Positions 45,510 to 53,789 of a stretch of DNA of 64,000 bases are shown one piece after another (position 1 is the stretch's first letter; every line of letters starts with the position of its first letter). A program made the translations under genes and the position numbers. Origin of the DNA: an uncultured Bacteroidales bacterium (GTDB lineage Bacteria > Bacteroidota > Bacteroidia > Bacteroidales > GWA2-32-17); NCBI GenBank assembly GCA_937960415.1, contig CALGPK010000001.1:4952-68951 (forward strand). The letters run 5' to 3'. The notes beneath the pieces were generated by a model. That model had not been told where the DNA came from. It searched no databases and saw nothing but the letters and a program-made list of their open reading frames with translations.

Positions 45510-46870
45510 TTACGTATCAAATTATATATAATACGTTTCGTTTGGTTGAGCCGCTTTTTATCGTATATTTGAAACACTTCTCTTATCAACGCTTCAAAAT
45601 TATCAACTGTGTAATCGTCATAAACATCCTGTTTGTGTTTCAATAGTTTTTGGGCCTGAATATCGTCTTTAGGTACAAATTCCACAATAAGTTGTTGACT
45701 AATGCTTGCTAAAAAATGTACAATATCTGCCAACGGAATATTATTAAAAATTCGCAAATGATGTATAAGTGCCAAAGCCAATGTAATATTATTATTGCCT
45801 ATACGGGCTAAAAAACTTTGTCGTTCAACATTTTTCCATCCTATGGAAGGTGTTGGGTTTGTAATATCTACAATCAATGGCAAAATATTCGTTTGTTGTT
45901 TTTTTAAATCTACATACATCGAATTGATTACATCATGGTCGCTATCAAATGCAATTGTATAAATATTTTTATCAGACAATGATTTAGAAAAATAGCCTTC
46001 GTTGCAACCAATATCGATTAAAAAACCTTCCGATTGTATTGAAATATGGTTTTTTAAAAAATTGAGTTTTTCGATCAATGTTGTTTCGCTATAAGTGCAC
46101 GATTGATAATAATTGCTCCAATGTGACGAAGTTTTTACCGTTAATGAAGCTATACCATCATATACGTGTTCAATAAGCTTTAATAGCTTATTTTTAGATA
46201 AAGAAGCTGAAAAAAATGTACCGGTAAATTTTTCATTTTTTTTCGTAGAACGTGCATGTGCATGTATGTGCATTGCGCTTAACGAACCCCAATAAGTACT
46301 TAATGGTAATAATTTACTCGCTAGTGGCAAAGGAATACCGTCGATATTCGATAACCATAATTGACTGATTTTTACATCTGTGTACTTCATTAACAACAAT
46401 GATGCAAGAAAATGTTCGCAAAATTGTTTGTATGCTGCCCATGGTTGTCCGTCCTGATAAATTTCGAATGAAGTTGTATCGATAAAAATTGGCTTACAAC
46501 CCCAAAACTGTATGTTAAAGGCACTGGCATCTTTTAAAACAAAGTTATGTTTTAAAAGTTCGTACTGAATTTTTAATGTCAGCAATGCAGCATCTTTTAA
46601 TTGTTCAAAACTCCATTCGTACGGATAAGACACAAAAGGTATGTATTCGGGTTCTATAACAAAATTGTACTCGTCGGTTGTTATTTCTTTATGATAGATT
46701 AGCCACCCTTTTTTTTGAAGCAAATTAAATACGTTTTTTTCTTTAAGCAACTTATATACACCCAGGTACGATGGATTGATTTTTCGGTATATATTTTTAT
46801 TCTCTTTGAAAATAAAGCCCGACGGATCACGAAATGAGCCAAAATGGTATAAACCCGATGTATTATTCAT
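45506..46870 (-). CDS. Two-domain protein: N-terminal domain with kinase-like D-x4-N...D spacing fused to a class I SAM-dependent methyltransferase
   Basis: Start re-called to the ATG at 46870 (the track uses a TTG one codon upstream). N-terminus FRDPSGFIF, PYEWSF, LKDASAFNIQFWGCKPIFIDTTSFE. C-terminal motif I FLIDIGCNEGYF (45995-46021). ATGA overlap with the downstream gene. Confidence 0.75.
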   Translation of the reverse strand: MNNTSGLYHFGSFRDPSGFIFKENKNIYRKINPSYLGVYKLLKEKNVFNLLQKKGWLIYHKEITTDEYNFVIEPEYIPFVSYPYEWSFEQLKDAALLTLKIQYELLKHNFVLKDASAFNIQFWGCKPIFIDTTSFEIYQDGQPWAAYKQFCEHFLASLLLMKYTDVKISQLWLSNIDGIPLPLASKLLPLSTYWGSLSAMHIHAHARSTKKNEKFTGTFFSASLSKNKLLKLIEHVYDGIASLTVKTSSHWSNYYQSCTYSETTLIEKLNFLKNHISIQSEGFLIDIGCNEGYFSKSLSDKNIYTIAFDSDHDVINSMYVDLKKQQTNILPLIVDITNPTPSIGWKNVERQSFLARIGNNNITLALALIHHLRIFNNIPLADIVHFLASISQQLIVEFVPKDDIQAQKLLKHKQDVYDDYTVDNFEALIREVFQIYDKKRLNQTKRIIYNLIRK

Positions 46871-47006
46871 CAATTTTGGATTTCTTTTTCTTCCAGAAAG
46901 CTATTCTGTTCCATATTCTTTTAAAAAAAAACAAAAAACTAATAATTCCAGCTATTATAATCTGGAATAATAAACTCCCACTTCCCGGATCGATATATAA
47001 AAACAT
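46863..47006 (-). CDS. Micro membrane protein (47 aa) starting MFLYIDPGSGS
   Basis: Start re-called from the track's TTG (47051) to the ATG at 47006. It has one TM helix followed by a Lys-rich tail. Its 3' end overlaps the methyltransferase start by 8 nt. Confidence 0.45.
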   Translation of the reverse strand: MFLYIDPGSGSLLFQIIIAGIISFLFFFKRIWNRIAFWKKKKSKIDE

Positions 47007-47160
47007 CACTTTTTTTTTTACAAAGATACTCAAACGTTGATTTTCTTGCAAATAAAAGCAAAGGGATATTTATCCGCATTATTGCATTAGAAAAATTAAC
47101 TTTTGCGGTTTAGTGTCGCTGTATCGGAAAAGTGTGAGCTATCCGAATGAATGATTTGGA

Positions 47161-47499
47161 TTAATTAACTCTGAATTTTCGAGTTACGCTATAATTTTTC
47201 GTACCAACAATAAGAATATAAACCCCTTGCTTGAGTACCACCGGAATTTCAATTCGTCTATTTAACGAATTTAGTTCAGATTTGATTATACTAAGTCCTG
47301 TAATATCATACAGTTCAGCCGTAAACTTAGTGTTTTCGGGCAAAGCATTTACCACTATTGAAGCATTTATCCGATCGTAGTAAGCAGTAATTTGTTCAAT
47401 TGGTAAAAACGAGTATTTAATAGTATCCTGATTCTGAGCAATAATTGATAGACTTATACCAAAACATAAAAAAAATAATATGACGAATGTCTTTCCCAT
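47161..47499 (-). CDS. Minimal T9SS cargo: signal peptide, short linker and a Por_Secre_tail-like C-terminal domain (112 aa)
   Basis: N-terminal signal MGKTFVILFFLCFGISLSIIAQ. C-terminal AELYDITGLSIIKSEL...LKQGVYILIVGTKNYSVTRKFRVN resembles type A CTDs. Confidence 0.6.
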   Translation of the reverse strand: MGKTFVILFFLCFGISLSIIAQNQDTIKYSFLPIEQITAYYDRINASIVVNALPENTKFTAELYDITGLSIIKSELNSLNRRIEIPVVLKQGVYILIVGTKNYSVTRKFRVN

Positions 47500-47532
47500 T
47501 TAATCATTTTAACGTTATATGCACAAAAATGG

Positions 47533-48507
47533 TTACAATTTTTTTGCCATATTTATAACTTCTGGCAACAAATCATTGGGAATTTTTGCACCGATGTGTT
47601 CAATTACTTTACCAGCCAGAAAAGAGGCTATTCTTCCGCAACGTTCCAGTTCGTATTGTTGGTACAATCCGAACAAAAAACCAGATGCATACCAATCGCC
47701 AGCTCCGGTAGTATCGATAACATTGGATGATATGGCAGATATGGTATATTTTTGTTGACCGGCAACAACTATTGAACCCAACTTACCTCTTTTAACTATA
47801 GCTATATTGCAATAACTGGCTAATATTTCGGCTGATTCTTCTGGTTGTTTCCCACAAAATGCATAAGCTTCTTCTTCGTTAGAAAACACAATATCAACAT
47901 ATTTTTCAAGAAAAGTTTCTAAAAAAACTTTTTTTTCTTGTACTACATTAAAGCTTGCCATGTCGAACGATATCAATAATTGATGTTTCTTTGCCAATTC
48001 GGCTATATGAGTTATCAGCGGCTCGTTATAGATCAAATAACCTTCGATGTGAATAATGCTATAATCGTCTAACCATTTTTCGTTTATGTCGTTGGGCGAT
48101 AATTCAGCAGCGGCTCCAAGATAAGTGGCAAAGGTTCGTTCCGAATCGGGAGTTATCATTGCTATTGCCATTCCCGAAGGAATTTGTGAAGTGCCAAAAT
48201 GAGTCTTTACACCTTGCTGTTGTAAATCGCTTTTATATAGAGACCCTATTTTGTCGTTTGCTGTTTTTCCGACGAAGCTTGAGGGTACACCCATCGAAGC
48301 AATTCCATAAATAGTATTTCCGGCACTCCCTCCAGATTTGATTTGGCGAATATATGGTTTGAGCTTATTTTTGAGAAACTGAATGGTTGTCCAGTCGACT
48401 AATTGCATGCTTCCTTTAATAAATCCAAGCTCAAATAAAATATCTTCGTTGGGTATAAGCATCAACACATCTGTTATGGCATTACCTATGCCAATAATTC
48501 CTTTCAT
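47533..48507 (-). CDS. PfkB-family carbohydrate/adenosine kinase
   Basis: GGSAGNT and DTTGAGD motifs. Start re-called to the ATG at 48507 (MKGIIGIGNAITDVL), because the track's GTG start at 48567 would leave only 10 nt before the divergent tRNA. Confidence 0.85.
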   Translation of the reverse strand: MKGIIGIGNAITDVLMLIPNEDILFELGFIKGSMQLVDWTTIQFLKNKLKPYIRQIKSGGSAGNTIYGIASMGVPSSFVGKTANDKIGSLYKSDLQQQGVKTHFGTSQIPSGMAIAMITPDSERTFATYLGAAAELSPNDINEKWLDDYSIIHIEGYLIYNEPLITHIAELAKKHQLLISFDMASFNVVQEKKVFLETFLEKYVDIVFSNEEEAYAFCGKQPEESAEILASYCNIAIVKRGKLGSIVVAGQQKYTISAISSNVIDTTGAGDWYASGFLFGLYQQYELERCGRIASFLAGKVIEHIGAKIPNDLLPEVINMAKKL

Positions 48508-48524
48508 TAGAGATAATTTTTTTG

Positions 48525-48532
48525 CAAAAGTA
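48525..48532 (-). promoter_or_regulatory. Candidate -7 box (TACTTTTG, minus strand) for the kinase gene
   Basis: Reverse complement of CAAAAGTA, 17 nt upstream of the ATG at 48507. Confidence 0.3.
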
Positions 48533-48555
48533 TTGTTTTTTTCGAGAAAAGTGTA

Positions 48556-48563
48556 TAACTTTG
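48556..48563 (+). promoter_or_regulatory. Candidate -7 box (TAACTTTG) for tRNA-Asn
   Basis: TAnnTTTG match 14 nt upstream of the mature tRNA 5' end. Confidence 0.35.
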
Positions 48564-48577
48564 CCACTGCAAAAAAT

Positions 48578-48651
48578 TCCTCAGTAGCTCAGTTGGTTAG
48601 AGCACCTGACTGTTAATCAGGGGGTCCCAGGTTCAAGTCCTGGCTGGGGAG
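48578..48651 (+). tRNA. tRNA-Asn (anticodon GTT)
   Basis: Hand-folded cloverleaf. Acceptor TCCTCAG/CTGGGGA. D-arm GCTC-AGTTGGTTA-GAGC. Anticodon stem CCTGA/TCAGG with loop CTGTTAA (GTT at 48612-48614). T-arm CCAGG-TTCAAGT-CCTGG. Discriminator G. No encoded CCA. Confidence 0.9.
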
Positions 48652-48655
48652 CTAA

Positions 48656-48678
48656 AAGGAGGAAAACCTCCTTTTTTT
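48656..48678 (+). terminator. Rho-independent terminator after tRNA-Asn
   Basis: AAGGAGG-AAAA-CCTCCTT followed by a T-run. Confidence 0.6.
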
Positions 48679-48686
48679 ATTTTAGT

Positions 48687-49601
48687 ATGAAAGGAATCTT
48701 TTACCAATCGTCTCCAACGGTTAAATTTTTTTTTACGTTGTTTATCATTTTTTTTTCATTCTTTTTAATGTACTTGCTAGGCATTTTAGCCGTACAATTT
48801 GGATTTAAGGTCAATATCATTCAACATCCAGAAATACTTCAAGATTTTCAAAATCCCGATTCCGTAAAACTACTTAAATTTCTTCAACTCATTCAATCTG
48901 TTGGATTATTTGTGATTCCTCCATTTGCGGTAGCTTTTTTTGTGTATAGGTCCATCAAAGAATTTTTACGATTTACACACAAAACATCGTTGTACATTTT
49001 ACTGTTATCTATAATTATTGTTTTGGCTTTTATCCCCTTTTCAAATTTTTTGTCGTTTATCAACAATCAGCTTAGATTACCGGGCTGGCTGAGTAAGATT
49101 GAAGAATGGATGCTTACTTCTGAAGCCAATGCCAACGAACTAACACGTTTGTTTTTAAAAGCTGATGGCCTGGGCGGTTTTATTTATAATATATTTTTAA
49201 TAGCATTGGTTCCGGCAATTGGCGAAGAGCTTTTGTTTAGAGGTGTGTTTCAACGTTTATTTACCGAATGGTTTAGAAATATTCATTGGGGGATATGGAT
49301 TTCGGCTATTTTATTTAGCACTATACACTTTCAGTTTTTTGGTTTTTTGCCTCGCTTGTTTTTAGGCGTTATTTTTGGTTATCTTCTTGAATTAACAAGC
49401 TCTATGTGGGTTCCGATTGTAGCACACTTTGTAAATAATTTGACAGGCGTTGTTTTGGCATTTTTTATTTCACCCGATACCGTTATAAACAAAGTTCATC
49501 AGCAATTTACATTACTCGAACTTATATATGCTGTTTTAGGAGCTATTGTTGGTAGCCTATGCTTATGGCTAATTGCCCGAAAAACTAATCGCGTACTGTA
49601 A
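48687..49601 (+). CDS. CPBP-family intramembrane glutamic endopeptidase (CAAX protease-like)
   Basis: GEELLFRGVFQ, FSTIHF and VAHFVNNL motifs in a polytopic protein. Confidence 0.85.
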   Translation: MKGIFYQSSPTVKFFFTLFIIFFSFFLMYLLGILAVQFGFKVNIIQHPEILQDFQNPDSVKLLKFLQLIQSVGLFVIPPFAVAFFVYRSIKEFLRFTHKTSLYILLLSIIIVLAFIPFSNFLSFINNQLRLPGWLSKIEEWMLTSEANANELTRLFLKADGLGGFIYNIFLIALVPAIGEELLFRGVFQRLFTEWFRNIHWGIWISAILFSTIHFQFFGFLPRLFLGVIFGYLLELTSSMWVPIVAHFVNNLTGVVLAFFISPDTVINKVHQQFTLLELIYAVLGAIVGSLCLWLIARKTNRVL

Positions 49602-50402
49602 TTGCGAATCTTCTGATACAACAACCTGATCTGCATCTAATCGATTTTCGATAATACTATCGAGTAATTCTTGTTCTGTAGCAAATTCATCGTCGTTTTT
49701 AGAATTTTCCTCTCTCTCATATGGTCTCCAGACATACACAACTCCGTATTCTGAACAAGCTTTGCGTTTTTCTTCTTCATTTAAATAGGAAAAATGCTCT
49801 TCTATCTCATTCCACATTTTTAAAATGAGACTATCGATACCAGAACGTAGTTCTGCTATTTTATCGGTTGCGTAGCGTGTCGATTTCTGATAAATTTTTT
49901 GTTGATGCAGTGCTTCTAAAAATTGATCGTAGCGAACTTTAACAACAGCAGCTGTTGGATTTGTTATGGGATTACCACCCATTTTAGCCAATCGTTCTTT
50001 TTCTCCCTTTATGAGTTGTTCGCCCCAGTAAACAATGTCTTTATCGGTAAATAAATTAGGAATTTTTGAATCGTTTTCTTTTAGTCCAAAAAATTTACGC
50101 GCAGAAGCTGGTATTTCGTTTCGCATGATAGCAAAATTAAGTACCTGATAAAAATGAGAAATGTACATGCGTGCCTTCTTAGTATATGCCGCCAGTTCTT
50201 TGCTCTTTGCTGCCTGTATTGCTATTGACTGCTTTTGTTGAATAAGCATCTGCTCAAAATATGGAGCAATACTTTTTAATTGTTGATAAGTCTGAAATGA
50301 AAAAGCCAAATCTTGTGTTTGAACATTTTCTGCCATTTCCATGGCTTTTTTCAAAGCTCTTAGTCGAGCATTATCGGTATTTGGCAATCTTCTGTATGGC
50401 AT
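49569..50402 (-). CDS. Hypothetical protein
   Basis: 277-aa ORF beginning MPYRRLPNTDNARLRALKKA. Helical and acidic at the C-terminus. No motif recognised. Its 3' end overlaps the CPBP gene by 33 nt. Confidence 0.5.
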   Translation of the reverse strand: MPYRRLPNTDNARLRALKKAMEMAENVQTQDLAFSFQTYQQLKSIAPYFEQMLIQQKQSIAIQAAKSKELAAYTKKARMYISHFYQVLNFAIMRNEIPASARKFFGLKENDSKIPNLFTDKDIVYWGEQLIKGEKERLAKMGGNPITNPTAAVVKVRYDQFLEALHQQKIYQKSTRYATDKIAELRSGIDSLILKMWNEIEEHFSYLNEEEKRKACSEYGVVYVWRPYEREENSKNDDEFATEQELLDSIIENRLDADQVVVSEDSQLQYAISFSGN

Positions 50403-50526
50403 ATTTTATAGTTTGCATATTGCGAATTTATATGCTTTATTCAAAAAACATATCTCTTCGTTAGCATAAATATAAACAACCAATTGTTAATTAAGATTTA
50501 ATATTATTTTTTTGATTTTTAATGTT

Positions 50527-51210
50527 TTATGCTTTTGCAATAACAGCGATACTCACCTTAGTTTGTGGAATTTTTAAAATGGCTTGTGCACAAGCTTCTA
50601 ATGTTGCTCCTGTTGTTAAAACATCGTCAACTAACAAAAAGTGTTTTCCATGATATTCATTATCTTCTGTTGCAATAAACGCATCACTTACGTTTTGCCA
50701 TCGCTGTTCGCGGGTTTTGCGTGTCTGTGTAGTTGTTTCTTTAGATCTTTTGAGCAAATTCGGACAAACTTTTTTATTAAGAACATCGGCAATACCTTCG
50801 GCAAAGCACTCTGCCTGATTATAGCCACGCTCTGTTAAACGCTTGTGATGTAAAGGTACTGGTACAATTATATCTACCGTAGATAAAATCGGATGAGTCT
50901 CCATTTGATTGGCTAATAATTTTCCTAAAAACAAACCTACATCTTTTCGTTTATTGTATTTTAAATTGTGTAATAGATGTTGTGTTCTACCTTTTTTGTG
51001 AAAATACAACAGGGCTGTAGCAGCTTGAATATTAACCCTTCCCCAAAAGACTTGGGCTACCGGATTATCGTCGTATAAATGATAATTTGTTAGTGGTAAT
51101 TCGGCAATACAATGTGTGCAAATACAATTTTCGTTTTTTTCCAAAGGCTTACCACATGCAGCACAAATTTTAGGAAGTAATAATTCAACAAAATCGTTTA
51201 TCCATTTCAT
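50527..51210 (-). CDS. comF: ComF-family phosphoribosyltransferase-domain protein
   Basis: N-terminal Cys4 (CAACGKPL...CTHC) and a PRTase motif LLVDDVLTTGATLEAC. Confidence 0.85.
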   Translation of the reverse strand: MKWINDFVELLLPKICAACGKPLEKNENCICTHCIAELPLTNYHLYDDNPVAQVFWGRVNIQAATALLYFHKKGRTQHLLHNLKYNKRKDVGLFLGKLLANQMETHPILSTVDIIVPVPLHHKRLTERGYNQAECFAEGIADVLNKKVCPNLLKRSKETTTQTRKTREQRWQNVSDAFIATEDNEYHGKHFLLVDDVLTTGATLEACAQAILKIPQTKVSIAVIAKA

Positions 51211-51301
51211 TTACAACTAATTATATTTAGTTAACAATTTCTTAACATTGATTCAATAAAAAATGCAAACCTTTGTCAAAATTAAAAATTTCAAAATTTA
51301 T

Positions 51302-51949
51302 ATGGGAGCAAATAAATATTTTCAGTTTTTAGTACCTAAAGAACGTAAATTTTATCCGTATTTTGTAAAAGTTGCTGAAAATTTAAACGAAGGAGCTTCT
51401 CTTTTAGTAGAACTAATGCAAAGTAATAACTGGGAAAAAAGAAAAGAACTCATCGATAAAATTAAAGAATGCGAAAAAAAAGGCGACGATCTCACTCACG
51501 AAATGTACGAGTTACTAAATGTTTCTTTTATTACACCCTTTGATCGCGAAGATATTCACAATTTAATTACAGCCATCGATGATATTCTCGACTTTATCAA
51601 CGGTTCGTCTCAACGGATGATTTTACTAAAACCACAAACCATTCCAACTGAGTTTATTAAACTATCCGAGTTAATTTATGACGGTTGCAAGAGCTTACAA
51701 AGAGCCATTTCTAAGCTTGATAAAATAAACCATCCGGAAGAGATAAAAAAAGAATGTGTTTATATAAATGAAATAGAAAACGTTGCCGATGATGTTTACC
51801 ATTTAGGTATTTCTTTGTTGTTCGAAAAAGAAACCAATACCATCGAACTTATCAAAAAAAAGGAAATATACCAAACCCTTGAAAAAGCTACTGACAAACT
51901 TGAAGACGCCTCCGACGTCATCAAAACTATCATCATTAAACAGTCGTAG
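51302..51949 (+). CDS. DUF47 (PhoU-like, TIGR00153) phosphate-transport regulator
   Basis: Helical protein with FITPFDREDIH and VADDVYH motifs. The first ATG (51263) is also possible. Located immediately upstream of PiT. Confidence 0.8.
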   Translation: MGANKYFQFLVPKERKFYPYFVKVAENLNEGASLLVELMQSNNWEKRKELIDKIKECEKKGDDLTHEMYELLNVSFITPFDREDIHNLITAIDDILDFINGSSQRMILLKPQTIPTEFIKLSELIYDGCKSLQRAISKLDKINHPEEIKKECVYINEIENVADDVYHLGISLLFEKETNTIELIKKKEIYQTLEKATDKLEDASDVIKTIIIKQS

Positions 51950-51950
51950 T

Positions 51951-52943
51951 ATGAGTACATTTGTAATCATAATCATAGCTATTGCGTTAATTTACGATTT
52001 TCTGAATGGAATGAACGATGCTGCTAACTCCATTGCTACAATCGTTGCAACAAGAGTATTATCGCCTTTTACGGCTGTTTTATGGGCTGCACTTTTTAAT
52101 TTCTTAGCATATTTTATTTTTGGACTTCACGTTGCCAATACGATGGGAAAAGGTATAGTAGAGCCACATGTAGTAGAACCATGGTTTATTCTTTCTGCCT
52201 TAATTGGGGCTGCTCTTTGGGTATATATTTGTACTCATTATGGTTTGCCTATAAGTGTGTCGCACTCACTCATTGGTGGGATGGTTGGTCCGGCTTTTTT
52301 TGTATATGGACCGAATGCAGTAATTGCTTCTGGGATCATTAAGGTTTCTTTATTTATTATACTTTCACCACTCATTGGTTTTATTCTTGGTTATTTGCTG
52401 ATAACTTTGACAAAATTAATTCTTAGAAAAGCAAAACCAAACAAAGTAGATGCTTGGTTTAGAATACTTCAATTAGTTTCATCGGCGTTTTTTAGCCTGG
52501 CACATGGGAGCAACGATGCTCAAAAAACAATGGGGATTATTGCTGTTTTACTATTTAATACTGGTTATTTAGGTAGCGAATTTTATGTACCCGAATGGGT
52601 AGTTTTGTCTTGTTATTTAATGATAGCTTTAGGTACTCTAACTGGTGGATGGAAGGTTATTAAAACCATGGGAGTTCATCTCACCGATTTAAAACCCGTT
52701 CATGGCTTTAGTGCTGAAACATCGGGAGCTATTACGCTTGCTTTTTCGGCATTTATGGGAATACCCGTAAGCACTACTCATACTATTTCTGGTGCCATTA
52801 TGGGAGTTGGTGTTACACGAAGTGTTTCGGCTGTTCGCTGGAGAATTGCCCAAAATATTATTGGTGCATGGATTTTAACCATTCCTATGACCATGCTTGC
52901 TTCGGGCTTGCTTTATGTAGTTATACGCACTATCGTATTTTAA
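51951..52943 (+). CDS. Inorganic phosphate transporter (PiT family)
   Basis: Start re-called to MSTFVIII (the track start at 51879 overlaps DUF47). Duplicated GMNDAANSIAT and HGSNDAQKTMG signatures. Confidence 0.9.
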   Translation: MSTFVIIIIAIALIYDFLNGMNDAANSIATIVATRVLSPFTAVLWAALFNFLAYFIFGLHVANTMGKGIVEPHVVEPWFILSALIGAALWVYICTHYGLPISVSHSLIGGMVGPAFFVYGPNAVIASGIIKVSLFIILSPLIGFILGYLLITLTKLILRKAKPNKVDAWFRILQLVSSAFFSLAHGSNDAQKTMGIIAVLLFNTGYLGSEFYVPEWVVLSCYLMIALGTLTGGWKVIKTMGVHLTDLKPVHGFSAETSGAITLAFSAFMGIPVSTTHTISGAIMGVGVTRSVSAVRWRIAQNIIGAWILTIPMTMLASGLLYVVIRTIVF

Positions 52944-53035
52944 ATCAATTTTATTCATTAGAACACGTTCAAAAGCAGAAGTTGTTTTCAAGCATTTTTG
53001 AGGCTCATAAAACTTTATTACCTTTACCTCAAAAA

Positions 53036-53788
53036 ATGCTCAAATATTTTGTTGTAGTTGTATTTTTTTTCCCATTAGCTATTTATTCTCAAAAAAATAT
53101 TGATGAAAAAATTTCTTTTCCCATGCTTTCTGCTTCTTTCATGTTTCAGTATCCTGCTGCCGATATGGGCAAACAATATGGCATTAACTCCAATGTTGGA
53201 AGTTCTTTTATGTGGAAATTAAGAAATAATATACTTTTTGAAACGAACACTAACTTTCTATTCGGTGATATACTAAAAGGTGATGCTGCTCACATTTTTG
53301 ATAGCATAAAAACATCAAACGGAATGATTATCAACATGCATGGCGAATATGCAAAAGTTCGAACATTCGAACGCGGTTTTTTTATTGGTGGTCGTATTGG
53401 CTATATTTTTAGCTTTAATAAACCCAACCCCAACAGTGGGCTTCTTTTTTCTTCGGGTGTCGGATATTTTCAGCACAAAATTCGTATCGAAAACGATGGA
53501 AACAATGCACCTCAAATCATCAATGAATACAAGCTTGGTTATGATAAAATGCGCTATGGGTTAGCTCTTTCTCAGTTTTTCGGATACATTTATTTTAGTA
53601 AATCGCAAATATTGAACTTTTATGCAGGAGCCGAATTTTATCAAGCATGGACCAAAAGTGGACGAAGCTGGGATTTTAATCTTATGAAGAAAGACAACAA
53701 ACAATATTTCGACATGTTATATTCTGTTAAATTTGGCTGGATTATACCCATTTATTCCAAAACACCTCAAAATTATTACTTTTATTAA
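53036..53788 (+). CDS. Hypothetical outer-membrane beta-barrel protein
   Basis: Start re-called to the signal peptide MLKYFVVVVFFFPLAIYSQ. Alternating beta pattern and an aromatic C-terminus NYYFY. Confidence 0.5.
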   Translation: MLKYFVVVVFFFPLAIYSQKNIDEKISFPMLSASFMFQYPAADMGKQYGINSNVGSSFMWKLRNNILFETNTNFLFGDILKGDAAHIFDSIKTSNGMIINMHGEYAKVRTFERGFFIGGRIGYIFSFNKPNPNSGLLFSSGVGYFQHKIRIENDGNNAPQIINEYKLGYDKMRYGLALSQFFGYIYFSKSQILNFYAGAEFYQAWTKSGRSWDFNLMKKDNKQYFDMLYSVKFGWIIPIYSKTPQNYYFY

Positions 53789-53789
53789 T

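Noticed and set aside
48383-48616. 77-aa plus-strand ORF running into tRNA-Asn.
   Set aside because: It is antisense to the kinase 5' region and reads through the promoter spacer and half of the tRNA, so it is an artefact.
48578-51210. Possible tRNA-Asn-associated integrated element downstream of the tRNA.
   Set aside because: No integrase, excisionase, or direct repeat of the tRNA 3' end was seen. The downstream genes (CPBP protease, a hypothetical protein, ComF) look chromosomal.
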